From: Phycisphaerales bacterium | GTDB lineage: Bacteria > Planctomycetota > Phycisphaerae > Sedimentisphaerales > Anaerobacaceae | Direction: 5' to 3' | Assembly: GCA_020352215.1 (NCBI GenBank) | Contig: CP070675.1 | Coordinates: 4,626,137-4,690,136, forward strand | DNA: 64,000 nucleotides | In this document: positions 1-8,487 of the stretch, one piece after another | Layout of the letters: each line of letters starts with the position of its first letter | How positions within the stretch are numbered: position 1 is the stretch's first letter | The notes under the pieces: model-generated | What the model was told of the DNA's origin: nothing | The model's database searches: none | What the model saw: the letters and a program-made list of their open reading frames with translations, nothing else | Position numbers and translations under genes: made by a program

Positions 1-1808
1 AGCTTGCTGGACACCTCTGTTCCCACAGTGAGGAGCTGAATGTCGTACGGCACCTGCCCGGTGTAGTCAATCCATCGGTTCGACGCATGGAGAGTCACTC
101 TTGTGTCGGGATTTATGCGCCAGAGATAGCTGGCTTCAATTCGCGTGCTCACGGAAGGGATCCGCGTTGATTCTTCGCTGCTGTACTCGGCTAACAACCT
201 CAGGCCCTTTTTCACATAGTCTGTGCCGAACGTATTGATCTCGAACTCGTCGGGCACAATATCAGTGTCGGTCGAGCTTAGCTCCTCGGCCCGGCTGCGA
301 TACTCATAGTACATCGACAGGCCGTTATGAAACCGTTCTCTCACTCTTACGCCATGGGTAAAAGCCTGTTCGTCTCTTTGCGGCTCTGTGAAGAAATCAT
401 AGTCTATCGAGAGTGTCTGGTCTCCGTCAGTCGTAATATCTCCGGGAATGATGATTATCTCAGTCATGCCGCTGCTCTGACTGACGGTGTAATCGCTGTA
501 GGTCGTCGAACGGTCGCTACTTCGAACAGCAATTGACGAAGTGTCGACGTTTGCTCTGTCAAGTCGTATGCGCCAGGAGCCGGCGACCTCAAAAGGATGT
601 CGCTCGTCCACCACGCTAACCATAGTGCTGCCGCCTTTTTGTTGAAGATCGAGCAGGTTGGCGGACCAATTGCCAAAGAGCGTGCCCCATCTGTTCTTCT
701 TTCTGTAATCAAGCGTTAAGCCGCCGCCGTTCCGCGTAAGGTCCACTCCCTCACCGAGGTTGGCTTTCGAGGTATAGACGTTGCCTTGTGTAACCAGGCT
801 CTGGAACAATCTGTGTGTAAACCCGGCCTCCCCTCGAGCCTCATCGTTTCTCAATGTCGGTCGTTTGGATTGATTGAACGAGAAGTCGTAATGGGTTTCA
901 AGAGTGTCGGAGTGTTTAAGCCTCATTCGCTCCTGCCATAGGAGCCGTTGAAGATCGAAATCACCCGACTGATCAAGAAAATTGAAGAAGGAATCGAGTC
1001 GAAATTGCTCATCATTACCCAGCACCAGATCGTGCGACAATGCGTACGTGTCTTCCGTTCTATCAAACGAAGTGCCAAGCCTTTTCTGGTTGACATTACT
1101 CCTCTGGTAATCAAAACTCAGGCTTGATGATCTGCTGAAGTCGTGGTCGAGGGAGTATCTGAAGCGTTCATCTTCCCTGCTGAATGGATCTTTATCCCTT
1201 ACACCTTGTCCCTCCTGCTCAGTCCTGCCGCGACTGTACTGAAACCGCATGGGCCATTCCCTTGACCGCCAGCTGACCGTGGCGCCCGCGCCTTGTCTTT
1301 CGGTCTTCAAAGAACTGGTGAACTGTCGAGGAATCAAGTCTTCGGACTTGTCGAGGTAGAAGGACATGGGGTAGGACTTTTTTGAAAGCAATTCGCCCGA
1401 CAAATCGTATTCATCAAGCGTCCCGGTGCCGTCATCGATTTCGCCGTCAAAGTCAAACCTATGTTGTGTAAGGCCGAACCCGAGACCGGCTGCAAAGGCC
1501 AACAGATCAGGATGATATACGTCGCCCTCGGTTTCGAGTCTCAGCCTCTCCTCAAATTCCATTGTGTCATTCTTGCGTCCAATCCCTGCGGTCTCCTGTT
1601 CATCAATGCGTTTCTCAGCAACCAGCTCAATTTCGCCTTGAATTCGCTCATGTCGTATGAGTGGCCGCTGTTCACCAGCGATGTCAACCCTGCAGCCGGC
1701 AAGACAGATCAGACCTACACCGCAAGCAAAAAGGGCCAAGAGGACTTCTCTCGTCGGTACTCGCGCGACTTGCGGGCGCCTTGTCTTACAGTGTTCTACG
1801 TTCAGCAA
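1..1808 (-). CDS. Putative outer-membrane beta-barrel lipoprotein. The C-terminus lies outside the window. There is no ATG; the start is probably the TTG near 1808.
   Basis: The minus-strand frame is uninterrupted from the window edge up to the in-frame TAA at 1875-1877. It is absent from the ORF track because it lacks an ATG and runs off the edge. My translation begins ...KTRRPQVARVPTREVLLALFACGVGLICLAGC (lipobox LAGC). More than 500 aa follow with alternating aromatic/polar strand-like segments (ATVSWRS, MRFQYSR, LSFDYQR, THYDFSFNQ, LSMYYEYRS, IEASYLWRI) and no further Cys. Confidence 0.6.
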   Translation of the reverse strand, partial: MLNVEHCKTRRPQVARVPTREVLLALFACGVGLICLAGCRVDIAGEQRPLIRHERIQGEIELVAEKRIDEQETAGIGRKNDTMEFEERLRLETEGDVYHPDLLAFAAGLGFGLTQHRFDFDGEIDDGTGTLDEYDLSGELLSKKSYPMSFYLDKSEDLIPRQFTSSLKTERQGAGATVSWRSREWPMRFQYSRGRTEQEGQGVRDKDPFSREDERFRYSLDHDFSRSSSLSFDYQRSNVNQKRLGTSFDRTEDTYALSHDLVLGNDEQFRLDSFFNFLDQSGDFDLQRLLWQERMRLKHSDTLETHYDFSFNQSKRPTLRNDEARGEAGFTHRLFQSLVTQGNVYTSKANLGEGVDLTRNGGGLTLDYRKKNRWGTLFGNWSANLLDLQQKGGSTMVSVVDERHPFEVAGSWRIRLDRANVDTSSIAVRSSDRSTTYSDYTVSQSSGMTEIIIIPGDITTDGDQTLSIDYDFFTEPQRDEQAFTHGVRVRERFHNGLSMYYEYRSRAEELSSTDTDIVPDEFEINTFGTDYVKKGLRLLAEYSSEESTRIPSVSTRIEASYLWRINPDTRVTLHASNRWIDYTGQVPYDIQLLTVGTEVSSK

Positions 1809-1874
1809 CGCTCTTTCGTCTCCCTGACTTCTATGGTCGCTCTGTTCCGGCCGGCTCGCCCCGCAGCTCGGCTG

Positions 1875-3197
1875 TTACCCAGGCTTCGACGACTTCGCTC
1901 TGCCGACCAAGGTGTTCTCTATATCCGCCAGATAACGCTCTATCGCCTCGGCCAGCGGTACCGGAGCCATGCCACTTTTCAATACCTTGATAAAACCTTC
2001 CTTCGCCTCATTGAGCCGACCGGCACGATATGACCCAACGCTGCGATAATAGAGTTCTGCAATCCCCTTCTTTGTCTCAGCTCGATCCTGCTGACTGTCC
2101 GCTTCCTTAGGCCTCACGGTTGGCAGCTGCGGTATCTGTTTTGTCACAGCCGCTGCTTGTTTGGTCTTCCCCATGTGCGCTTCGGCTTGGGCTACTAAGT
2201 CGAGTGCTTCCGCAACCTTCCCTTGCTGCTCGTCGGTGAATACACCCCAGTCCTTGACCTGTTCAAGATAGGCTCTGGCTATGTGCAATCTGCCCTGGTC
2301 CACGAGTTCGTTGACTCTACTGAGTATCCCGGAGAGACCTTTGCCTTCGAGCACGCGTGTCCGAGTTGTCTCCAGGAGCCGCTCCAATTGGTTGGGATCA
2401 CCTTCACCAGCTTGTTCCCGCAACTGCTTTGCCACACTGAGCGACTCTTCTGTCGGCTCGCCAATCCCTATTTTACGTCGGGCTATTTCTCCACGCGTCA
2501 GACCTTGGTCAACCTGGCCAACCGCACTCTGTGAATCGAGAGCCTCACCAGCTTCAGATGGCTCCTCCTTCAGAAGATACTTCGCCGTACTGGCATGACC
2601 TGAGTGGCAGCGGTCGCATCTGGAATATAGTTCTGTGTCGTGTTTCTCGATCAATCCAATACTCTCAGACTCGTGGCACTGGTAGCAAATATCAGGTATC
2701 GGCCTTTTCAACAGGAACCTGTTCCTTGTCCTGTGTGGTTCGTGACAGAAGATGCAATCGCCGGTGGCAACAGGGCCGTGCACCCATCCTTCTAAAGCTG
2801 ACAAACCCTCATGGCACTCGTAGCACAGGTCCGGAATCCGCGCAGTCAGTTTTACCTCGCGCGAGAAACTCCGTTGCTCTTGGGTTCCATGACATCGGAT
2901 GCAGTCCTTTCGCGGTTCATGTATGTACCAGACGGCCTCGGGGCGTCTGGTCATATCTCGAGAACTCGTCGTGACAGCTCCGTCTGTAAGTCCCTCTGCC
3001 CCCAGAGGCGGAACGCCGTCAAAGAAGAACGTCAAACTCCTGTGACGATCAACCTCGTCACAGCTCAGCGTTGACACAAAAAGCGAAAAGAGCACCAGAA
3101 ATCCGACCGAACCGGGCCTGACCCGCGATAGCACAACATAGGGAGACTTCGATTCCCGCATAACTACTGGATCCAACAGCGTGAAAGCCGCGTCCAT
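1875..3197 (-). CDS. Membrane-anchored pentahaem c-type cytochrome with a C-terminal helical (TPR-like) module
   Basis: 440-aa ORF with an N-terminal hydrophobic anchor (GFLVLFSLFVSTLSC) and five CxxCH motifs (CIRCH, CYECH, CIFCH, CYQCH, CDRCH). The C-terminal half is Ala/Glu/Leu-rich and helical. The start could instead be the internal Met at 3161. Confidence 0.8.
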   Translation of the reverse strand: MDAAFTLLDPVVMRESKSPYVVLSRVRPGSVGFLVLFSLFVSTLSCDEVDRHRSLTFFFDGVPPLGAEGLTDGAVTTSSRDMTRRPEAVWYIHEPRKDCIRCHGTQEQRSFSREVKLTARIPDLCYECHEGLSALEGWVHGPVATGDCIFCHEPHRTRNRFLLKRPIPDICYQCHESESIGLIEKHDTELYSRCDRCHSGHASTAKYLLKEEPSEAGEALDSQSAVGQVDQGLTRGEIARRKIGIGEPTEESLSVAKQLREQAGEGDPNQLERLLETTRTRVLEGKGLSGILSRVNELVDQGRLHIARAYLEQVKDWGVFTDEQQGKVAEALDLVAQAEAHMGKTKQAAAVTKQIPQLPTVRPKEADSQQDRAETKKGIAELYYRSVGSYRAGRLNEAKEGFIKVLKSGMAPVPLAEAIERYLADIENTLVGRAKSSKPG

Positions 3198-3251
3198 CTG
3201 GCCGGCCTTCAGATTCAGCTCTTTTCTTGTCAGGTCTGGCTTTCCTCAACG

Positions 3252-4721
3252 TCAACGCTCACGACTTTGCCTTTTCGCCAAAGCACTATCTATCTCGGCT
3301 ATGTAGCCCCGAACGGTTTTTGCCATCGGTGCAGGAATCAAGCCGCTCTCGGCGACCTTGAGGAAACCCTCTCTGGCCTCTTGAAGCTTGCCGCCACGGT
3401 AAAGCGCCATACTGCGGTAGTAAAGCTCAGCTACCGCCTTTTGGCGTTCGAGCATCTGATTTTCTGCGCTCTCGCGCCCTGGCCCCTTGGTGGGTTCGAC
3501 CTTCGGCTCAGGTTGCACCGTAGCTGGGGTTGAAGTATCGGCCACCTGTTGTGTCCGCTCGTCTTCAGGTTCGGGCTCCAGAACCAACTTCTTCGCACGC
3601 TCTATCGCCTTCTCCTGGATGGGAAAAGTGCCAAACCCGTAAACGTTAATCTTCTCTCCATACTGGTTCGATACAAGTACCAGGAATTCTATCTTGGCAC
3701 CCTCGGCGAAGTATTGCTCGAATAAATCCACGTTGTCGTAGTCAATGGTGATTGAAGCCGGCATGTTCATGTTCCCGGGTTCAGACCCTGGGAAACCGAA
3801 GAACATCAGGAGTTGTCCCTTCGAGTCATATACTTTCGCAACCTCAGGTGCCGCATCGACGACCCATATTCTGTCTTCTCTGTCAATATCTATCCCCTTG
3901 GGCCTGACAAAATGGTGGATGCTGTCGCCGACCTTGCCGATAGTCTGCTGAAAGACTCCGTTTTTGTCGAATTTCGTTATTCGCCCGAATATCTTGTCAG
4001 TGACATAGATGTTCTCCTGTTCGTCCAGTGCAATGTCACCGATGAGACCAAATTGGCCTTCCTGGTCACCGGCCTTGCCTATGCGCGTGAGCTCCTCACC
4101 AGTGGCGATGTCCAATACGACAACCTGGCTGCTGTTCATGTCGGTTATATAACAGCGCTTCCCGCGAACAGCTACATCTATGGGTTTGAGTTTGAGGTCG
4201 CTGCCCAACACGGCTTTGAGCTCATTGTCCTTGCCAAAGACAAAGACCTTTCCACCGGTCGGGTCAGCTATGAATTTTCTGCCGTCTTCGGTGTGGATAT
4301 TGACGGGGTTCATCATCCGCCGCTCTTTTGTCAAATACCCGAAGGACTTGCGCCGCAGATCAAGCACCTCGACTATCTTCTTTTGGACGTCGCACACGTA
4401 CAGCTTCCCGTCATGGATCGCTACGCCATAGGGTTTGGCGATCCAGTCCTTGTCCAACTGCTCTTCACCGACGATGAACTTCTCAAAACGACTGGTCTTA
4501 CGGGCAACTGTACTGCCCAAGTCCTCTGACTCAGAGAAGGACACCAAGAATTGCAGGCGCGGCCTGTCGGGAGCGGGGGGGTAGAAGACCCTTTCCAACG
4601 ATGACGAGTCAAGCCCCGGTCCTGTTCTGGCAGCCTCTTGGCATCCCGGCAAGACACACGCCGCGCACACCGCAAAAGCCGCCACTAAACCTCTGTGGTA
4701 TAAGAACTTCACATGTCTCAT
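3252..4721 (-). CDS. NHL-repeat beta-propeller lipoprotein with a C-terminal helical module
   Basis: Signal peptide with lipobox (VCAACVLPGC). About six NHL-type blades are visible (PYGVAIHDGKLYVCD, NPVNIHTEDGRKFIADP, KPIDVAVRGKRCYITD, LIGDIALDEQENIYVTD, RPKGIDIDREDRIWVVD, MPASITID). A Pro/Glu linker follows, then a 64-aa tail related to the tail of the 1875-3197 protein. Confidence 0.8.
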   Translation of the reverse strand: MRHVKFLYHRGLVAAFAVCAACVLPGCQEAARTGPGLDSSSLERVFYPPAPDRPRLQFLVSFSESEDLGSTVARKTSRFEKFIVGEEQLDKDWIAKPYGVAIHDGKLYVCDVQKKIVEVLDLRRKSFGYLTKERRMMNPVNIHTEDGRKFIADPTGGKVFVFGKDNELKAVLGSDLKLKPIDVAVRGKRCYITDMNSSQVVVLDIATGEELTRIGKAGDQEGQFGLIGDIALDEQENIYVTDKIFGRITKFDKNGVFQQTIGKVGDSIHHFVRPKGIDIDREDRIWVVDAAPEVAKVYDSKGQLLMFFGFPGSEPGNMNMPASITIDYDNVDLFEQYFAEGAKIEFLVLVSNQYGEKINVYGFGTFPIQEKAIERAKKLVLEPEPEDERTQQVADTSTPATVQPEPKVEPTKGPGRESAENQMLERQKAVAELYYRSMALYRGGKLQEAREGFLKVAESGLIPAPMAKTVRGYIAEIDSALAKRQSRER

Positions 4722-4876
4722 AGTTACATTCTCGTCAAATAAACCCCCCTGTCGTTAGCAAAGAATGCTTGTATGTTACACTTGACTTCTCTGCGCGCAG
4801 CCGCCGCTACTCGCGTTGGCGTGATTTCAATGCGGCCGGCATAGCTGGCGCCTGCGGAAAGAGACATCCGCCGCGC

Positions 4877-4919
4877 AAAAAATCTGGCCCGATATATGGA
4901 CTACGCCATATATCGGACC
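4877..4919 (-). terminator. Intrinsic terminator downstream of the tetrahaem cytochrome gene
   Basis: Perfect 11-bp inverted repeat CCGATATATGG/CCATATATCGG (4889-4899 and 4906-4916) with a 6-nt loop. On the minus strand it is followed by AGA plus T6 (plus-strand A-run 4877-4882). Confidence 0.6.
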
Positions 4920-4987
4920 ACGTTCAATGGTCAAGACCGGTAAAAACCTAATCCTGCGCCCCCAAAAAAGTACCCAAGACACTCTTG

Positions 4988-5605
4988 CTACTTGTCGTGA
5001 CAGGTCAGACACAGAGCGCTTCCACTATTGCTCATGACCAGAAGCGAGGCAAGTCCAGCGTCGTCGTGCACGTCATGGCACGAGGAGCATTCCACCCTGC
5101 CTGCATAAAGCAGGTCAGCTTCAATAGTGCCTCCCAAGCCGGAATTCGCCGTTGCCGGATCGAAAAGACCGCCGTCGGAAGTTGCGAGAGCACTGTCGTA
5201 GGTGAATGAAATTGGGTGCGAATCGGCCAGATCGGTGCCGAAGGGGTTGCTGATGAAGGTTGTGCCTCCGAGGAAGCCCCCGTAGTTGTCCAACGCAACC
5301 GTGCCGTCGTGACAGCTCAAGCACAGCTTAGACGTGCCAGTCGGCTGGCCGATCGTTGCAGTCCCGCCAAATGTCGGGCTCGAGTACAACGTAAAGACCG
5401 AGGTTGTGACCTCGTGATTCCAGAGAGGCGCACCCAAAACGGTCATATCAGCATCGTGAGGCGTGTGACAAGGCTGACATATCTCGCCCGTCCCCCAGGT
5501 CTTACTGCTGAAATCGTGCGACGAGCCGGTTATGGCTGCGATAGTGGCTGTACCGGCCACCATCAGTACGCAAACTCCGAGGACCGTAATTCTCCATGAT
5601 TTCAT
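4988..5605 (-). CDS. Secreted tetrahaem c-type cytochrome
   Basis: Four CxxCH motifs (CQPCH, CLSCH, CSSCH, CLTCH) and a signal peptide (MKSWRITVLGVCVLMVAGTA). I moved the start to the ATG at 5605 because GGAGG lies 8 nt upstream. The TTG start in the ORF track (5620) sits inside that Shine-Dalgarno sequence. Confidence 0.85.
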   Translation of the reverse strand: MKSWRITVLGVCVLMVAGTATIAAITGSSHDFSSKTWGTGEICQPCHTPHDADMTVLGAPLWNHEVTTSVFTLYSSPTFGGTATIGQPTGTSKLCLSCHDGTVALDNYGGFLGGTTFISNPFGTDLADSHPISFTYDSALATSDGGLFDPATANSGLGGTIEADLLYAGRVECSSCHDVHDDAGLASLLVMSNSGSALCLTCHDK

Positions 5606-5686
5606 GTCAAATACCTCCAAAAAACCCTTACCTTCTCATATGTGAGATATGGCACTCCTCCGGTTGAGCCGCCACCGAACTTACCC

Positions 5687-5715
5687 ATATTACCTGGCCA
5701 TACATCCAATGTCAA
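5687..5715 (-). promoter_or_regulatory. Sigma70-type promoter for the tetrahaem cytochrome gene
   Basis: On the minus strand: TTGACA (5715-5710), a 17-nt spacer, then TAATAT (5692-5687). It lies about 80 nt upstream of the ATG at 5605. Confidence 0.5.
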
Positions 5716-5717
5716 TC

Positions 5718-5774
5718 AAAAAAAGTCGCGGACCGGAAAAATTTCCGTTACACGTGTCCCCGCGGAGCGGGGAC
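5718..5774 (-). terminator. Possible intrinsic terminator ending the RR-to-thioredoxin/TPR operon
   Basis: GC-rich hairpin GTCCCCGC-GGA-GCGGGGAC at 5756-5774. An alternative pairing joins CGCGGAC (5727-5733) to GTCC(CC)GCG. On the minus strand the structure runs into T7 (plus-strand A-run 5718-5724). Confidence 0.4.
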
Positions 5775-5988
5775 AAAGATCCAAGCGAGAAGTGTAGCAA
5801 CTGGCGTGCCGCGCCGGGCGCCAGAAAGCCGGCCGGTAGGTAGAGTGTCCGTAATACCATGTCAGAAAAGGACATAGAGAAGTGGCTAAAGAGCGATGGG
5901 ACCACCAAGAAAGTGATGGGCGTGTCAACGATTCCCGTTTGTGAGAATAAGAAGGAGCGTGTATATCAGTAGTGAAAACCGTGTTTGG

Positions 5989-7008
5989 TCAGCCCGCGGG
6001 GAAGGCGAGGGTCAGAGCCGTGTAGTACGCGTTGAGCGCCTTGTCTTTGTCGCCTAAGGCCTGGTAGACTCTGCCCAACTCGAAGAAGGCGCGGCCGGAT
6101 TTGGGATCAAGTTGGGTCGCCTCAAGCAAGTGCTGTCGGGCCGTTTCAAGATCGCCCGTTTGCCGGCGGGCCCAGCCCATGATAAGCCTGACTCTGGCCT
6201 TCTGCCGTCGGGTAGCCCCTTGGACCTTGCGAATGACCTCAAGTGCTTCCTGGCTGCGGCGCATCAGACAGTACAATTCCCCGAGCTGCAAGACCGTTTC
6301 AACAGAGTTCGGATCAAGGTCGCGGGACTTCTCGAGTTCGTGGATGGCCGACTCGAATCGGGCTTTGCCGATGAGGATGTTCGCCATTTGGAGATGCCTC
6401 TTTACGCGGGCTGCAACCGTGTCGTTGGTTACCGTCTCCACGTGGCCTGCATCCTCGGGCGTGGTATCCTGGGCCACGCCCAGCGCCTTGGCCAAATGTG
6501 CGCGTGTCGCCGGGGCAAAGTCATATCCGTATCCAGCCTTGACCCACAGGACCTTATCATCTTTGCCTGAAATGACGACGGTGGGAGTGGCTATTGCGCC
6601 GAGTTTCCCCCACAAAGTGTACTGGGTGTCGAGGACCACTCGCATGGGTAGGGGGGTATCTTTGTCGCCCGGACGAAAATAGGCCATACAGTTTGGGTCG
6701 TCTATGACAGCCAGAGCAAGTAAGTCCTTGGCATCGGTCCGCAGTTCCTTTAGAATAGCTGTGATGTCTGCTGCGGCTCGGGCCGAGCGCTTTTGCTCAT
6801 TCGAGAAGAAGGCGACCATCAGCAGGTGACCTGCCCCATGCCTATAGTCGATGGTGTTGCCCGAGGAATCGACGACTGAAAACTCGGGCATCTTGCTGCC
6901 GATCTTGATCCTTCGTTCGCCACCGCTGGCCGCACGAGCGGGCTGGCATATGGCTAAGATGGCGACTATAGCGACCCAGGTAGTTTTCTTATGCTTCGCT
7001 GTTGTCAC
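5989..7008 (-). CDS. Periplasmic thioredoxin-fold (TlpA/redoxin-like) protein lacking the CxxC active site, fused to TPR repeats
   Basis: Signal peptide (AIVAILAICQPARA). The redoxin-like segment reads LLMVAFFSNEQKRS where WCxxC is expected. The C-terminal third has TPR-like repeats (ALEVIRKV..., AFFELGRVYQALGDKDKALNAYYTAL). Confidence 0.65.
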   Translation of the reverse strand: MTTAKHKKTTWVAIVAILAICQPARAASGGERRIKIGSKMPEFSVVDSSGNTIDYRHGAGHLLMVAFFSNEQKRSARAAADITAILKELRTDAKDLLALAVIDDPNCMAYFRPGDKDTPLPMRVVLDTQYTLWGKLGAIATPTVVISGKDDKVLWVKAGYGYDFAPATRAHLAKALGVAQDTTPEDAGHVETVTNDTVAARVKRHLQMANILIGKARFESAIHELEKSRDLDPNSVETVLQLGELYCLMRRSQEALEVIRKVQGATRRQKARVRLIMGWARRQTGDLETARQHLLEATQLDPKSGRAFFELGRVYQALGDKDKALNAYYTALTLAFPAG

Positions 7009-7047
7009 TGGCTTTCCTTGCCTTTCTACGTGTCGATGCCACGATTC

Positions 7048-8403
7048 TCAGGGCTTTGCGGTCGGCCGTGCAGAATAGTTTACAGCCGTTTCTCTGTCAT
7101 AGTCTTTTGGCAGATGGCAGCCTGGTGAGCAGGTGCCGCCTGTTTCGGTCTTGGAGAAACCTACGGGCAGGGTCCAGGCGCCGTACGGGACACTTTCACG
7201 GATGTGTTTAGGCAGGTTGCTCGCATGGGTGTGATGGCACGCCCGGCAGGTCCGCCCGCGACGCTCTTTGTTCACATGCAAGAAGTGCAGATTCAGATTG
7301 CCGTTTCTAAAGTTGGTGAGATCGTCGGTTCTCGCGGTGCGCACCAGGGTTTTGGGGTGACAGCCGAAGCACAGGTCGTAGTTCTCTTCGGCAAACGGGG
7401 CATAGAATACGGGAGGATATTCCTTGGCCAGAAGTCTGAAGTGTTCGCTGCCGTGGCTGACGTGGCACCCGCTGCAATCCTTTTCTTTGACGGGGCCGTG
7501 AAGGTATTTCTTGTTCTCAATCTCAGCTGTAAAGGCTCCCAGCACCTCGTCTGTACCTATGCCGACCGCCTTATCATGACAGGTCATGCAAAGAGTCGTC
7601 GGGTCGCTCTTCAATATGAATTTCACGGTTGATGCGTGAGGCGTGTGGCACATCAGACAACCATCCTCTGTGCTAACTACATTGTGCTTATGCTTCGAAG
7701 TGTCGGCGATTTTCTTTATGTCCTCGTGACACGGATAGCACATGTCAGGTGCGCTGGTTCTGAGCATTTGCCAGTTATCGGCGCCGTGAGGATCGTGGCA
7801 GCCGGCACAGTCGCCCTTGGCGGGTTCATGAATGAACTCGAACTTCTCTAATTCGCTCTTTGTCACGATATGGCAGGAAATACAGAGCTGTAAAGGCTCC
7901 ATTGTGAGCAGGCTCTCATAGTCGCTGCTGTGGGTACTATGACATACTGAACATTCGCCGACCGCTGTTGGGCCATGAAGGAATTCGGCCTGTTCTACGA
8001 GAGGGTGACAGCTCCGGCAGAGCTCGGCGACGCTTTTCTTCTTGAGAAGAGCTTTCACCTCGCTGCTGTGTGGATCATGGCATTGGACGCAGTCGCCAGT
8101 CTTCAAGGGGTCATGGACGTTCTTCTTTGCGGCCTGTTCCAAATGGCAGTTCTCACAGAGGTCTTTTCCTTCCAGCACTCTCCATGTGTGTTCCTCGGGC
8201 TTCACGGCTTTGTGGCACGACTTGCAGTCGCCCAGGCCAACCGGCGTGTGTACGAATGTTCTCTTGCTGTAATCTGCATGACACTCTTCGGTAACACACG
8301 TCTTCTGCGGTGAGGTTGGCTTCTCCGCCGCCAGTGCACTGGAAGCGACGACGCCAATCAAGAGAACAACGAACATTCTACAAAATCTATCTGACATCTT
8401 CAT
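7048..8403 (-). CDS. Periplasmic multihaem c-type cytochrome (13 CxxCH plus CX4CH and CX3CH variants), cytochrome c3/c7-polymer type
   Basis: Signal peptide (VVLLIGVVASSALAAE). By eye I count CKSCH, CENCH, CVQCH, CRSCH, CSVCH, CISCH, CAGCH, CYPCH, CLMCH, CMTCH, CSGCH, CFGCH and CRACH, plus CVTEECH and CSPGCH. Recurrent HGP/HxP...C..CH..H spacing is typical of c3/c7-like repeats. Confidence 0.9.
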   Translation of the reverse strand: MKMSDRFCRMFVVLLIGVVASSALAAEKPTSPQKTCVTEECHADYSKRTFVHTPVGLGDCKSCHKAVKPEEHTWRVLEGKDLCENCHLEQAAKKNVHDPLKTGDCVQCHDPHSSEVKALLKKKSVAELCRSCHPLVEQAEFLHGPTAVGECSVCHSTHSSDYESLLTMEPLQLCISCHIVTKSELEKFEFIHEPAKGDCAGCHDPHGADNWQMLRTSAPDMCYPCHEDIKKIADTSKHKHNVVSTEDGCLMCHTPHASTVKFILKSDPTTLCMTCHDKAVGIGTDEVLGAFTAEIENKKYLHGPVKEKDCSGCHVSHGSEHFRLLAKEYPPVFYAPFAEENYDLCFGCHPKTLVRTARTDDLTNFRNGNLNLHFLHVNKERRGRTCRACHHTHASNLPKHIRESVPYGAWTLPVGFSKTETGGTCSPGCHLPKDYDRETAVNYSARPTAKP

Positions 8404-8487
8404 ACCATCACGTCCTCTCTACGAATTACTATTCATGGGCCTTGTTGGGCCACGCAAATCTTGTTGTCTTGCCTGACAACACTTACC

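Noticed and set aside
1461-2033. Plus-strand ORFs 1461-2033 and 1661-1990 at the junction of the barrel and pentahaem genes.
   Set aside because: They overlap two well-supported minus-strand genes and have no motifs or plausible composition.
5775-5988. Possible small gene or structured RNA in the 370-bp spacer between the thioredoxin/TPR gene and the tetrahaem gene, for example the GC hairpin CTGGCG-N12-CGCCAG at about 5802-5825.
   Set aside because: The ORFs there have no coding character. The hairpins lack a U-tract or any recognisable RNA-family core, and I cannot tell them apart from ordinary GC-rich spacer structure without expression or covariation data.
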